The position numbers and the translations under genes are program-made. From the NCBI RefSeq assembly GCF_026571515.1, contig NW_026866518.1:434001-498000 (forward strand): DNA of 64,000 nt, given 5' to 3'. Source of the DNA: Ruditapes philippinarum (Eukaryota). The notes under the pieces are model-generated. The model was not told the origin of the DNA. It searched no databases and saw only the letters and a program-made list of their open reading frames with translations. Shown here one piece after another: positions 1-12,864 of this stretch (position 1 is its first letter; every line of letters starts with the position of its first letter).

Positions 1-991
1 GTAGTTTGTTGCTTGTTCCCCAGTCTGAATGGAAGTCAGTGTCCATAAAGAAATTCTTTTTGTCATTAAGCTCTTTTCACAAAAAGTTTCTTTGATTGGT
101 TTATTTCAATTATCTATTAAGTTATATACTGATGAAGAATGTGTTTCTGATGAAGAATGTGTTTCTGATATAATGGAATGTTAATAAAGAAGGGAAAGCT
201 GTATGCTTAAGATAATCTATGCACAGTATGCAGCCATTAACTAATGTTTACTGTGTATTCTTACTCATTAACAAAACTACTTCCTGTTGGTTCTATCAAT
301 GTGAGGAAGATTAGTAACTAAGTATCCAGCTTAGCTAAGGTCAGTTGTTTCACATTATGCACACCTGTGTGGCACCTGTGAATACCTTCATCAGTATAGT
401 TCTTACCTTTAACCAGCTGGATTTACCCAGCTTTGAATTTGGAACAGACTGTTTAAATGTTAAAAGTTTTCAATTTAAAAAAAAAAACAAAAATTGAGCT
501 ACAAACAGTATAGAACCTGTGTTTGCAGTGTGACCTAGCTATATCTTGGTGGCAGAGGCTAATCACTTTCTTTTTCCAGCAGTTTAAGGGTTAATAGAAC
601 AATTCTAATATTATATGAACAATTCAAATAACAACCAACTATACATAGCCTTGAAATTGATAAAAAGCTATAACTAACAAGAAATACATAGATTTTTTCA
701 TAAGAATATAATTATGTACTTCTAGATAATTGTTTCTTCGCAATACTGTATTTTCAATTTCACAGAAAATGTTGAACTTATTTTCTAAAATCAATACAAA
801 ACAATAGCCTTGTTGATAATTTATTCAAGATCACATAAAAGGCAGCTAAATTGATGCAGTACATAAAACACCAAGCTGATGGCTGATATAAAGTGGAGCT
901 ACTATAAGAAGCAGCAAAAAACTTACCGGTACCTACAAATTGAGCTTATATACTATGACCTTTGTAGACATGTCAATATAAAATAACTTAC

Positions 992-3900
992 AGATTTCCC
1001 CCTTTCCTCTGTCCTCACAGCTAGTATTACATTCCCACCCATCATTGCAATATTCTTGGCTGTTTCGTACCCAATACCTGAAATTCAATTAAAACCAAAA
1101 AATATCAAAACGCTGTCAAATGGACAGTGAATAAAACAAAGGTATATAATTCACAAAGGGGAATAACTCAGGGAAATCAATGCTAGAGTTATGTAACATG
1201 AGCACAGACATGTGTGATATACATGTATTTTAAACAAATTCGTTTAGCAATTTTGGAGATAAAACTTGCATGCAGAAATATTCTAAATTTATAAGGGGAG
1301 TACCTGTAATTAGGTAAAGATCATTGCTAGAGTTATGTGTCTTGCTTAGTGACTTACATGTATAATCATAACATTATTAATATACAATGTATGAAGATTT
1401 ATTTGAATACATGTATCTTCAGTACTTATTGTCAGCAACTAAACTACCCATGCAACCAGAGCAAACCAAGATTTGCACCATCTGATCATGGTCCGCACTG
1501 TTCTCTCTCCATCAATACCAGTACATATATTGAAATTTTCCCTTAGAAGTAATGAATGGTTATGTCCAGATTGAAAGACAGACAAGTCCATTTAAGATAT
1601 TTAGTGTGACAAGGATTAATGTGATATAAAGTCCTGGTACAAATAAAAAAACAAACTTTTAAGTGTTGACAAGTAGGAAGCCTTACTATTCTCCAAATAG
1701 ACAAACTAAAAAGCTACCAAAACATACTAAAATACATAGAACTAACCAAAAATCAGTTAATTTAAAGTGTAAAACTTAACAACTAAAAGGATTTTTCGCT
1801 AAGAAAACATTTCAGTCTCAGCATATCTTAATTTACTTCAACTTGATTGTGGACGAAATCCATACAACTTGAAGCACAAACTTCCAAGATCTAACTTGTA
1901 CCTGTCTGGTTTGCTAAAATATTGCTGTGATACAAATAGGACTCAAACATAATGATCCCTGGCTTGAGAGGTGGACAAATCTATGACAAGACCAATATAC
2001 CCCCTTATTAATATTCTCAATATGTTACATGATAAATCTCATAACCAAAGCTATTTACAATAACAAAATCATAACCAAAACCATTTACCAGAATAACACA
2101 ATAACAATTAATATGCAGTCAATTAAGAAATGTCAATTAGATACAACCTGGGAAAGATACAAGCACAAGATATATGAATTGCATGACTTATTCTTTTAAT
2201 GTATAATATTATAACACATGTTTACCCTATTTCAGTACTATAGTGGCAATATACTGAAAGGCCTATGATACAGAAAAAATATATATGAGAACTAGAAATG
2301 TGTCATCATGCCACGGATGCCCCCGCATGCAGCCAAAATTTCAGATGTTATAATATTTAGTTCCAAATTTGTTTGCACAAATTATTGTTTTCATTTTAAA
2401 TTCAAAGCCCTTAAAACTTTTCAATGTTAACACAAACCATTTTCATTCAATGTTCAAGGCACTGAAATTATTCAGTCTTAACCTTTTGAAAATAGCATAT
2501 TTCATATTTGTAGCCAAAATAATGGCTACATACATTTCCACAAAAGTATGAGTGCTGAAACTGAAAGTTCAAAATTTTTCCAATATTCAAGAAAGATAAG
2601 TTTGTCCAAAATCATTGAACCGTGACCAAATTCAAACTTAAACTGCCTATTCCTATAATGTATCTATATTTATATTTTCAAAGTGAAAGGGACATAACTC
2701 TGCCAAAAAATCATCGAACCATGACCAAATTCCAACTTGACTTGCCCATTCCTTTGACATATCCATATGTCAAATTTGAGTTGAATATGTAACACTGTTG
2801 GGTAGATAATGAACAGAAACTGTAAATTTCATATTATTTTCAAAGTGAAAAGGGCATAACTCTGCCAAAAATTATTGAACCATGACCAAATTCGAACTTG
2901 ACCTGGGCATTCCAAAAAAATATCCATATGTCAAATTTGAGTTGAATGTGTTGTACTGTAAACAGAAACTGAAAATTTCATATTATTTTCAAAGTAAAAG
3001 GAGCATAACTCTGCCAAAAATCATCGAACCATGACCAAATTCAAACTTGACCTGTATTTTCTCATGACATATCCATATGTCAAATTTGAGTTGAATGTGT
3101 TGTACCGTTGGGGAGATAATGAACGGAAACTGAAAATTTCATATTATTTTCAAAGTAAAAGGGGCATAACTCTGCCAAAAATCATCGAACCATGACCAAA
3201 TTTGAACTTGACCTGTATTTTCTCATGACATATCCATATTTTAAATTTGAGTTGAATGTGTTGTACCGTTGGGGAGATAATGAACGGAAACTGAAAATTT
3301 CATATTATTTTCAAAGTAAAAGGGGCATAACACTGCCAAAAATCGTTGAACCATGACCAAATTCGAACTTGACCTGTATTTTCTAATGACATATCCATAT
3401 GTCAAATTTGAGTTGAATGTGTTGTACCGTTGGGGAGATAATGAACGGAAACTGAAAATTTCATATTATTTTCAAAGTAAAAGGGACATAACTCTGCCAA
3501 AAATCATCGAACCATGACCAAATTCGAACTTGACCTGTATTTTCTAATGACATATCCATATGTCAAATTTGAGTTGAATGTGTTGTACCGTTGGGGAGAT
3601 AATGAACGGAAACTGAAAATTTCATATTATTTTCAAAGTAAAAGGGGCATAACTCTGCCAAAAATCATCGAACCATGACCAAATTCGAACTTGACCTGTA
3701 TTTTCTAATGACATATCCATATGTCAAATTTGAGTTGAATATGTGCAACCGTTACTAAGATAATGCACGGAAACTGATGATGACGGAATGACGGAAGGAC
3801 GGAATGACGGAAGGACGGAACAGGGTAACACTATATGCCCCGGCCATTACATGGCGGGGGCATAAAAAATTAATTCTACTTATATATTAAACAGAAGCCT

Positions 3901-6900
3901 TTAAAGGCAATTTTCTTGTCAAGACCAGCAGAGTATACATTATGTCCTTATTAAATTCTCACCTATTTACTGACACTAACACTTAAAAATTACTTTTAAA
4001 AATAAACCATTCTTGACTTTACAAAAATAATTTTTAACCTCTGTGTGTGTGTTTTTTTTATAATACTTTCAATAATATCAAAGTTCAGAATGTAAAAAGT
4101 GTAGATTTTCAAACAGAAATATTTTTCTTACATACAATTGTTCTCTATTTATATTTCAGTCAATGTCATATTAAGATTAAAGATTAAACCATTCCTGTTT
4201 ATGATCTATTGATCACATAATCCTAGTTGCATTTAATCAATGACCTGAAGGACTTAATGGTAAAGTTTTAACCGACATAATCAATTATCTAATTGTCTCA
4301 ATCATAATATTTTGCTTACTTTAGCACATCTGTTATAAAACCTCTTACAGATCTCAATATTTGAATACTTTACAGTTATACTTCTTCTTGTCAAATAATA
4401 AAACAAGTTCAAAATGTATTCTGAAAGGTCAATTCAATTAATTAGTAAACATATTGATGTACAATTGGGTTCAAGTCTCCAAGGAATTACCATCATCATT
4501 CTTAATTAATTGCTTAACAAAAATAAATTGAAGTTATTTTTCACCTTATATAACAGAGGCCTATGAAAGGCCTCTTCAAAATAGAAATTTACTTTAAAAT
4601 CATCCAGTTTTCCCAAAAACCTGAACTTAGCTCTGAACTTTTATTTTCCAAATTAGCAATTTTAGTGATAGTTTCCCCCCAAAAATCAAATTTCTTCCCA
4701 ATTTAGTGAGAGAAAAAAAAACCCATTGAATTGGTCATAACTATTTAATACATTAGCATCTCAAGTTTTACTATATATGTACTTCAAAACTTTTACTAGT
4801 ATTGTAATAATACTTATTGTTCTCTAATATCTTTTCCCCCACCTACCTCCATACCCTATATTACATCTACCCCTTAACTTATAAATATGGGACAGAATAT
4901 TCTTCAGAATTCATGCTTTAATAGCTTTGAATATGATAAAACTGAAAGTGAGAAAATAAATTATTCAGTTCTGGTTTTAACATTGGGAAAGGTCATTGAT
5001 TTACATGAGTTTTCGGAATTAATAATTCTATATAACAGACAAACCAATGACAAAACTTGTAGCTGCTACAGGTAAGTACGAACAAGAGATGCCAATTTGG
5101 CACTTGTCCCAGTAATATCATGCAGCCATTCTCCTAATGAACAACAAAAACTTGACCAGAGTTACAACAACAACAACAGAATGTCTGAAGCAATAACATT
5201 GTTGTGGCTACTGCTACATATTATATGTTAATACAAACCGTCAAACAAATTTGATTATCTTGATCAAATTCACAGCTGTCTTCCTGTCTGTGTTTTTTTT
5301 TTTTAAGAAAAAAAAGACAGTTCCATGAAGACATTGTTTATGCCTTTTTTTATTTCTTTCCACCTATTATCTGACATTGACTGAGAAAAAAATGTTTGAT
5401 ACTGTTGCATATACAATGAAGCATAAATTTTTGCCCTTTTTTTCTTTTCTTAAAATCCCCTCAATTTTCGAATTTAGTTAAGCTGCCAATAGCAGGGAAA
5501 CCCTTTAAACAATAAACAATAGAGACCTTTAACAATATATACTTTTAAAATTTGCTTCTTGCTAAATAAAATATATAGTACTTGACATCAAGAGTATTGT
5601 TATTCACCTTGTTCTTCTAAAGGACATGGATCTTCCCTACCCAAGGGTCCCTTCCCCTATTGTAATTCCCTAGAAGCTGAATTTATAGGGCCCTGGGTAT
5701 ATCAAGATTAAAATATACCAACAGAATTCAAACTAAAAATCCTGACATCCTTCAAAACAAACACATTGAAGATAAAATTCTTAATCTAATTAATATTAGA
5801 CCATGTGATTGATACAATGCATGGAAACAGAAAAGAATGTACATCAAACTGTTTTCATTATCAGACACTCTTGTAGCTGGTTTGAAGCATATTCTTACAT
5901 TTATATAGCACATTCATTACTCTCACATTTATCTATTAATTAATAATTAGTGCCAATGAGTCATATGTTACCTAAATTATATAATGTAAGTTCAAGGCTA
6001 AATTTTATTACTTTTTTAGCACTCACTTTGCAATAAATCAAATACACCACATTTTCCAAATACACCTCCTAAAAAAACATCTCTTTTATAGACTCTTTAA
6101 TATCATTTAAACAATATTGGATGGGGTTGGGGGAGGGGGCCTATTTACATGTATCTAAACAATTATTGTTATAACTGTTAGTGAATATCAAAATAAGGTA
6201 TGTTTAGCTTGTTTTTGTTTGATTTTTTTTTTGTCATGCAAGTTTTCAAATTAGTGTAAAACTAACTATTATAATATATTTATTTTTAAAAAGGGAATAA
6301 AAAATACTGTTGTAACATAAATTCTGGGACTTTGATATGGGAAAGTGGCCTATTATTATCACAATTCATAGATAACCATATTTTTGGTAAAACATGTATT
6401 TCATTTAGTCACTTCACCCAGCTACAAAAGGAAGTATTTACAAATAAATCACATCCAATTTGGCAAAAGCAGAGAGGTATTAATATATACATCTACCTTC
6501 CTGGCAAAACTTGGAAAGTATCCCTTTGAAAACTTGAACCCAATTAAAGAGGATTCACAAATTTTACTTAGCTGTGAAATGACATGATATAAATATGTTC
6601 TCTGTCTTAGGCCTAAACTGAAATATTGTTTGTTTCCCCCCCCCCCCACTGCATACTCACTGCTACCAAAAATATATATATATATTTTTACTTAACATTG
6701 AAGCAGAGATTGTCAATGAGAATCACATCTTTATAAAACTGAAATATGGTTGTATAATCTTTAAACAGATGCTAAACATTTAAAACTTGTTTTGAACTCC
6801 ATATAATTTTGATAGGTAAAAAAAAAATATTTTGGATAAAAAAAAATTTCATTGATCAACAAATGTACCATACCCAAACTGGCATAGGTCACAGGAGGCA

Positions 6901-7085
6901 AAATGATGAGTCATGGGATGCAAAACAAAGATAATTTTAAGGCTTGCCTTTTGGCAATACATATAATTATTACAAGATGATTATAGGACAACTTTATATA
7001 TATATTTACCTGTATTTCCCCCTGTGATAATAATATTCTTGCCAACTGGCAATGGGGAAATGGCATGACTGGCTGATCCTCCCAT
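992..7085 (-). CDS. Short-chain dehydrogenase/reductase, retinol dehydrogenase 11/12/14-DHRSX-like; 5' partial (first two coding exons, rest lies left of the window)
   Basis: Exons 7085-7010 (MGGSASHAISPLPVGKNIIITGGNT, donor G|GTAAAT) and 1077-992 (acceptor TTTCAG, GIGYETAKNIAMMGGNVILAVRTEERGKS, donor GTAAGT) join in phase 1 to give the Rossmann motif TGGNTGIG followed by the typical ETA...G.xVILAxR segment. Missed by the ORF track. Confidence 0.9.
2290..3866 (+). mobile_element. Non-autonomous Helentron/HINE (DINE-1/pearl-like) element with an internal ~161-bp tandem array
   Basis: Starts AACTAGAAATGTGTC...CACGGATGCCCCC; about 7 copies of a 161-bp unit (marker CATATTATTTT at 3140, 3301, 3462, 3623); GACGGAA(T/G) microsatellite at ~3780-3820; 3' GC-rich stem ending GGGGGCATAAAA. 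Same ends as the 35271-35552 copy. Confidence 0.8.
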
Positions 7086-8385
7086 TTTTTCACTGTTTTT
7101 TTATCTAGATTTTTTCTTAAATGTCAGTCTTTCTATATTTTTTATCAGCTGATAGCCAAGTCACACAGGTAGTTGTAACTTTTATGCATTAGACAGCCAT
7201 GCTGGACTTCTCTAGATAGCACCTGGAAGATATTGACAGTTTGTGACATTGTTTGAATATCAATGCTTGTCAGAAAGAAATCCAATTGCACAATAATACA
7301 TTTACATCACTCAACCTTGCATTTCTTTTTTATAATTTTATTATTGATAAAATATCACATAATGTCCCAAATTTAACATAATCATCCGCTGAATTCATAG
7401 TTCTTCCATGTTAGTTGCAATTAACATATTTTTCATATGTACAGAGTGGTCGGATCATCGCACAGCGTGACCAATGCTTGGAACAAACATTATGATTGAA
7501 AGAGTATCATACTAACTAAAATTCATTAAACAATGGTCATTAAATTTTTTATTTATTTTTTTCGTATTTGTTTAAAACGTTAATGAATTTTACAAACATT
7601 TTTTTATCTTCACAAAGTCCAATAATATGGCCTTAAGTTTATCATTTCATAAATACTCAATTTATTTACAGCACAAACTCTGTAAAATTTACCGTACTGT
7701 ATGCTTGTTTTTAATGAAACCATTTCCAGGATGGACAGAAGCAATTTTACTTTCATGAGATACATTATAAATTAGATTCTATTGTTTATTATTATTTTCA
7801 TAACATTCATTGCTACATTAATTTAGGATTTTGCTCAGCATTTATATACATGTAGATATAAATCCAAGTCAAATCCAACTTAAATCTTATTATACAAATG
7901 AGGATAACTATTTTATATAATAAATTGCTCAAGTATTGAAATAATTAGGACAATGTCAGTAAGAAAATCATGTTTTATGTATGAAAGGATATGAACATAC
8001 ACAATGTTAGAGTAGAAAAGTTAAAGAATATCAAAGAGCACATACATGAACTATTCACCTGTCTTTAAAATGGAGTAAAACTTCCAAATCAATGCACGAC
8101 GCCACGAGCTGGGGTACACAATATCCGATTTCTAGTACATATCCGAACACAAGCAAACACCTAATATTCTTAGCAACAAAGGCCGACCTAAATTATAACG
8201 CAATATTGAACTGTTATAATTAGAATATGACACTTATAAACACAACTATTGTAAACGATCTTTTTACGAATTAAAATCCTATAATTTTATTGAAATGTAA
8301 CGGTGTAAACAAACATACAGGTACCCTTGTTCGCTGACAAACGAGTATTACGTATTTAAATAATATATTTCAGCCGTTAGATATC

Positions 8386-8478
8386 GCCCGGCTAGCTCAG
8401 TCGGTAGAGCATCAGACTTTTAAGGCTGATTGAACTTCAGATATCTGAGGGTCGTGGGTTCGAGTCCCCCGTTGGGCG
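8386..8478 (+). tRNA. tRNA-Lys-TTT: tRNA-Lys, anticodon UUU, with a 20-nt intron (8423-8442)
   Basis: GCCCGGCTAGCTCAGTCGGTAGAGCATCAGACTTTTA[intron]ATCTGAGGGTCGTGGGTTCGAGTCCCCCGTTGGGCG folds to a 73-nt cloverleaf. Intact A and B boxes, intron at canonical position 37/38, T6 Pol III terminator at 8483-8488, TATTTAAA about 30 bp upstream. Confidence 0.93.
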
Positions 8479-8961
8479 TACATTTTTTCTTTCAAGAACA
8501 ATTTTTTACACATGTACATAATACAATTTTTATAAGACAAAAAGTTTAGATTACATTATAGAGAAGGTTTTTAATCACATACAACTCGCAATGAAAATGA
8601 AAATACTTATGTAGATCTCTTAATTACTTTTTATATTTTAGCAGTAATATATCATTAATTTTCAAGTAAACCCTTTGAAAGAGCAAAACAATTTTTTATT
8701 TTAAAAAAATCCAGGTTCAAGTTGTAATAATTCTGGAATTATTGGTGCTTTGAACAGTACTGTACAGTAGAGTTATGAATCACATGAAGACCATTATATT
8801 TGAAGCTTATTCCGTAAGAAATAAAGCAGGCATAGAAAGTAGTCCGGCAAGACACCAGTGAAAATACGGAAAATATGTTTCACTGTATTGATTTTTTTTT
8901 TCAGTGAAAATACGGAAAATGAAAATATGCATTTTATTTCATCAATTTTTCTCAATATTTT

Positions 8962-9095
8962 NNNNNNNNNNNNNNNNNNNNNNNNNNNNNNNNNNNNNNN
9001 NNNNNNNNNNNNNNNNNNNNNNNNNNNNNNNNNNNNNNNNNNNNNNNNNNNNNNNNNNNNNNNNNNNNNNNNNNNNNNNNNNNNNNNNNNNNNNN
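8962..9095. other. Assembly gap (134 N)
   Basis: Run of N. Confidence 1.
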
Positions 9096-10166
9096 TGTAT
9101 ACATAAAATATTTATATAACATGAAATACATGAAAAGCCGTTCTAATTGTTTGTAAGGGAGACAACTCCACAGAATCATATCACAACAGTTTACTGTTTT
9201 ATGCACTGTGGAATTGTCCCCCCTAGTCATGATCATTATCATTCATTAAAAGGTTATGTTTTTTATTTTAAAGACATAGCATCAATATATTCTAACTATT
9301 GGATGTTTTCCTTACAGAAGTTAACATAGTGGTGTAAAATCACAGTGAATAAAACTTTACTAAAATGTTTAAATGTGAACTTTATGAATGGTCACATTAC
9401 AACTTACTACACAAAAACTTAAACGCGGACACACTTGTCTGGCTAAAAATAAAAATATCACTTACCTGGTCATTTCTATATGAGAGTTTTGGGGCCGAAA
9501 TAGGGCCTCATTCACAAAGCCAAGACTTTTTTCACGTATAGCATGGAGCTAAATATATCTCTATGCGTATAGTTATTGACAAATCTTTAATTAGTTACAA
9601 GGAACCTTATTTATTAAGAAGATTACTATCACTAATAAAAGTAAATCCCAATATGTAGTTCTTTTAGTACCTAAAACTAATATGATTGTGATATAAACAC
9701 TATTTGCAAATAATTGTAAAGTTTCACAACTCAAATGGGCCGCAGACCCATTCGCAAAAGAATGGAGAAAAACACTGATATAAATGTGTTTATCTTTATG
9801 AAAAGCTGTATCTACAGAAACTTGAACCTTCAATGTAAGGGCCATTAGATAAGAATTCAGATGGCCAATTAGTGATGGCAATTAAATAAGACTCTCAACT
9901 CAGCGGACGTGTTAGTCATAGTGATTTACTGGCTGATAAGCCCTTAGTGAAATTCACCAGGTCTCTGGGATAAATGCGTGGGACTGTACATAAAATAATA
10001 TTAAAGAAGTATTAAAACTTAGTGCAATATTTAAATTCCGATGTGATTTTAAATTTAATACTGTAAGAAAAAATGACTTCAACGGTAAAAAACGGGTTTT
10101 GTTGCCTCCCTTGACAATCTGGAGTCGAATAGAAAACATGAGTTAAAAAATGCTTACCTCTACGAG

Positions 10167-10195
10167 CAGGGTCTTTCAAATTTTGAAAGACCCTG
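10167..10195. mobile_element. 29-bp TIR-only transposon remnant with a 7-bp target-site duplication
   Basis: CAGGGTCTTTCAAA-T-TTTGAAAGACCCTG, a perfect 14-bp inverted repeat, flanked by CTACGAG on both sides. Confidence 0.65.
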
Positions 10196-10225
10196 CTACG
10201 AGGAAGTAAACTACAACGAACAAAA

Positions 10226-10334
10226 AATGAGCCGCGTCATGACAAAACCAACATAATTGGTTTGCGACCAGCATGTATCCAGACCAGATGCTGTTCTCTA
10301 CTTGTAATAGAGTTGGTTGTGACGCGGCTCAAAT
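10226..10334. mobile_element. Internally deleted copy of the palindromic MITE at 11777-12023
   Basis: Same ends (ATGAGCCGCGTCA.GACAAAACCAACATAAT / GTGACGCGGCTCAAAT) and the same central TCTCTACTTGT loop sequence. Confidence 0.8.
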
Positions 10335-11085
10335 TATGAAAAGTATCGCCTATATGAAACTGGGAATTTATAAATGACAAAGTGGGCACCCCATCCCTTC
10401 CTTCCCTACCCCCAAAAAGGGCGAAAAGTATCAAAATAAAACATGAAAATTCTTGAGAATTAACATACTTGATATTTAGTTAAATGCTGCATATTGACCA
10501 AGGTTAAGGACGTGAAGTGGTTACACACTTGGTTCGAGCTAAATACAAAACGACAATAGTCATGAAAATTTATAACGCCCAGACGTAAGTGGGTTTTATG
10601 CTATTTTGAAAGTTTTTAATCTGTCCATTCTATAATACACCCTGACTGCTTATGTTGGTTTAAGCTTTATACGTGACGAAGTAAATGAAGAAATAAACTG
10701 GTCCTTTACCCGGCCAGTCTGACCATGTTCTATATATACCGTTAGCAAAATAACTCTCAATTGCGCAATTCTAAAACAAGTCCATTTAAAGCTGTAAGGT
10801 TAGACCATATTATGTTATTAGCAGGTTACATAAATGCCCCTGGTATTATTTAAGCATTTTATACATTATGAAAATGATGACAATAATGCATCAGCGTTTA
10901 AAATAAAGACAGGCGACTGCGGCAGCGGAAACGTTATTATTATGAAGTCATTACGTCAACAACACGTCGTAGCATAGAAACAACGTCATGATAGATTGGT
11001 AGGGTAAGACTCTTGCATGCAGGTTGAAAAAAATCGATTATCTGAGTGAAAATGTAGTTATTTTTAGTTTTTAAATCATAAAGAC

Positions 11086-12781
11086 ATGTCATATAGTGAC
11101 AGAATCAATTCTTCGGGTAATTACTATTTCCGGTATGATGAAGATATCGGAAAACATGGGCCTTACATAGAGTACCCTGACGCTCCGGCCGTAACACCTT
11201 CCGGTTATATTACAATTGAACTACCATCGGATAGCTCTTCAGATGATACGCCATCTCAAAGTCTTTCAGAAGCGAGTTCTCCGGAACCAGTAAAGGCTGA
11301 CCCAAATATTGGAATGGTTATTATACAAATGGATGACGGCGGTCCTAGACCTAAAAGAAGTAGAGCATCAGACATAGTTATACCAATTGATTCCGTGTCG
11401 TCGCCGGAAATTATTAAGGAGACGCCGGTTGAGGATGGTTCAAGTACAGATGACAATTCGCCCATTCTAGTAAGTTTTAAAACATTTTCCTACCGAATGA
11501 ATGAATTTTATTTACTATGAAAAACTTTGATGCCACATTAATTTGCCGAAATGCAGTATAGAGTAATGGAGCAATCATACCGATTGGGGAAAATGTGTAA
11601 ATAATTTTACAAAAAAGATGTCAATAATCTCTTTACCTGTAAACATTTATCCTTTCGGGTTGGCCCCAATTTTTCGTCACCCAAGCAATTTTATAAACAG
11701 CGCTACCTTTTTTCTATTTTATTTTCTATGGATCCAAGCAAGAAGAAATTGTTGAATAAATTTGGCAGAATTATTAAATGAGCCGCGTCACGACAAAACC
11801 AACATAATGGGTTTGCGACCAGCATGGATCCAGACCAGCCTGCGCATCCGCGCAGTCTGATCAGGATCCATGCTGTTCGCTATCAGTTTCTCTACTTGTT
11901 ATAGGGTTTGTAAGCGAACAGCATGGATCCTGATCAGACTGCGCGGATGCGCAGGCTGGTCTGGATCCATGCTGGTCGCAAACGCATTAATTTATATTGG
12001 TTTTGTCGTGACGCGGCTCAAATTTACTATGATGTTTAAAAATATCCAACTGTTTTCTCTCTTAACGAAAATTTGTTGAGACTTTCAGACATACACAGTA
12101 AGGGTGTTGACTCTAGGACAGGGACGAATTTAGGGCACCCGACGATATAACTACTGATGGGATAAATAATATAAAATGTACATGTATTATTATTTGTCAG
12201 CACACATTCATGGCCTCGTGTTCACTAAGAAAAGCTCAGGTTCAGGTTCAAATGACCCGGGTTTTATTTTCATTGGTTTATAAAAATTAAATTGATGGTA
12301 TTTGACTAGAATTAAATGGTACATCAACAAAATGTAAAAAAATAATAATGCCGATTTGCAATGAACAACCCTATTTCGAGATAACATCGGCGAATAACAA
12401 AACAAAAACAAAAATAATCAGATCAAAATTAGAATAAATCAATTTTTGGATGAACTATAAAATGCCCATATCTTATTAAATAACAATACATTAATTCCAA
12501 ATTTCATAATCATTCTATTTTAAGTCCAATTTTATGAAAATAATATTAGATAATTATCAAATATGTATTATATGGATAAAACAATAAAGACAATTTAAAA
12601 AAAATATATAAAAAGGGAGGACATTTTGATATATCAATCTTAAGTTAAAATTTGAATTGTTAAAAATTTTAAAATTCCTTTTGTTATGCTTGTTTGTCGG
12701 ATTTTTTTAACTTGCTGTTGTCATTTCCGTGTGTATGCGGATCGAGTACTGAGAAATGAAAAGATGACAAACGCTGCATAC

Positions 12782-12864
<83 letters not shown>

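Noticed and set aside
8858-9242. ORFs spanning the N gap and the duplicated CAGTGAAAATACGGAAAAT beside it
   Set aside because: The ORFs are gap artefacts; the duplicated motif is at a contig edge and cannot be interpreted.
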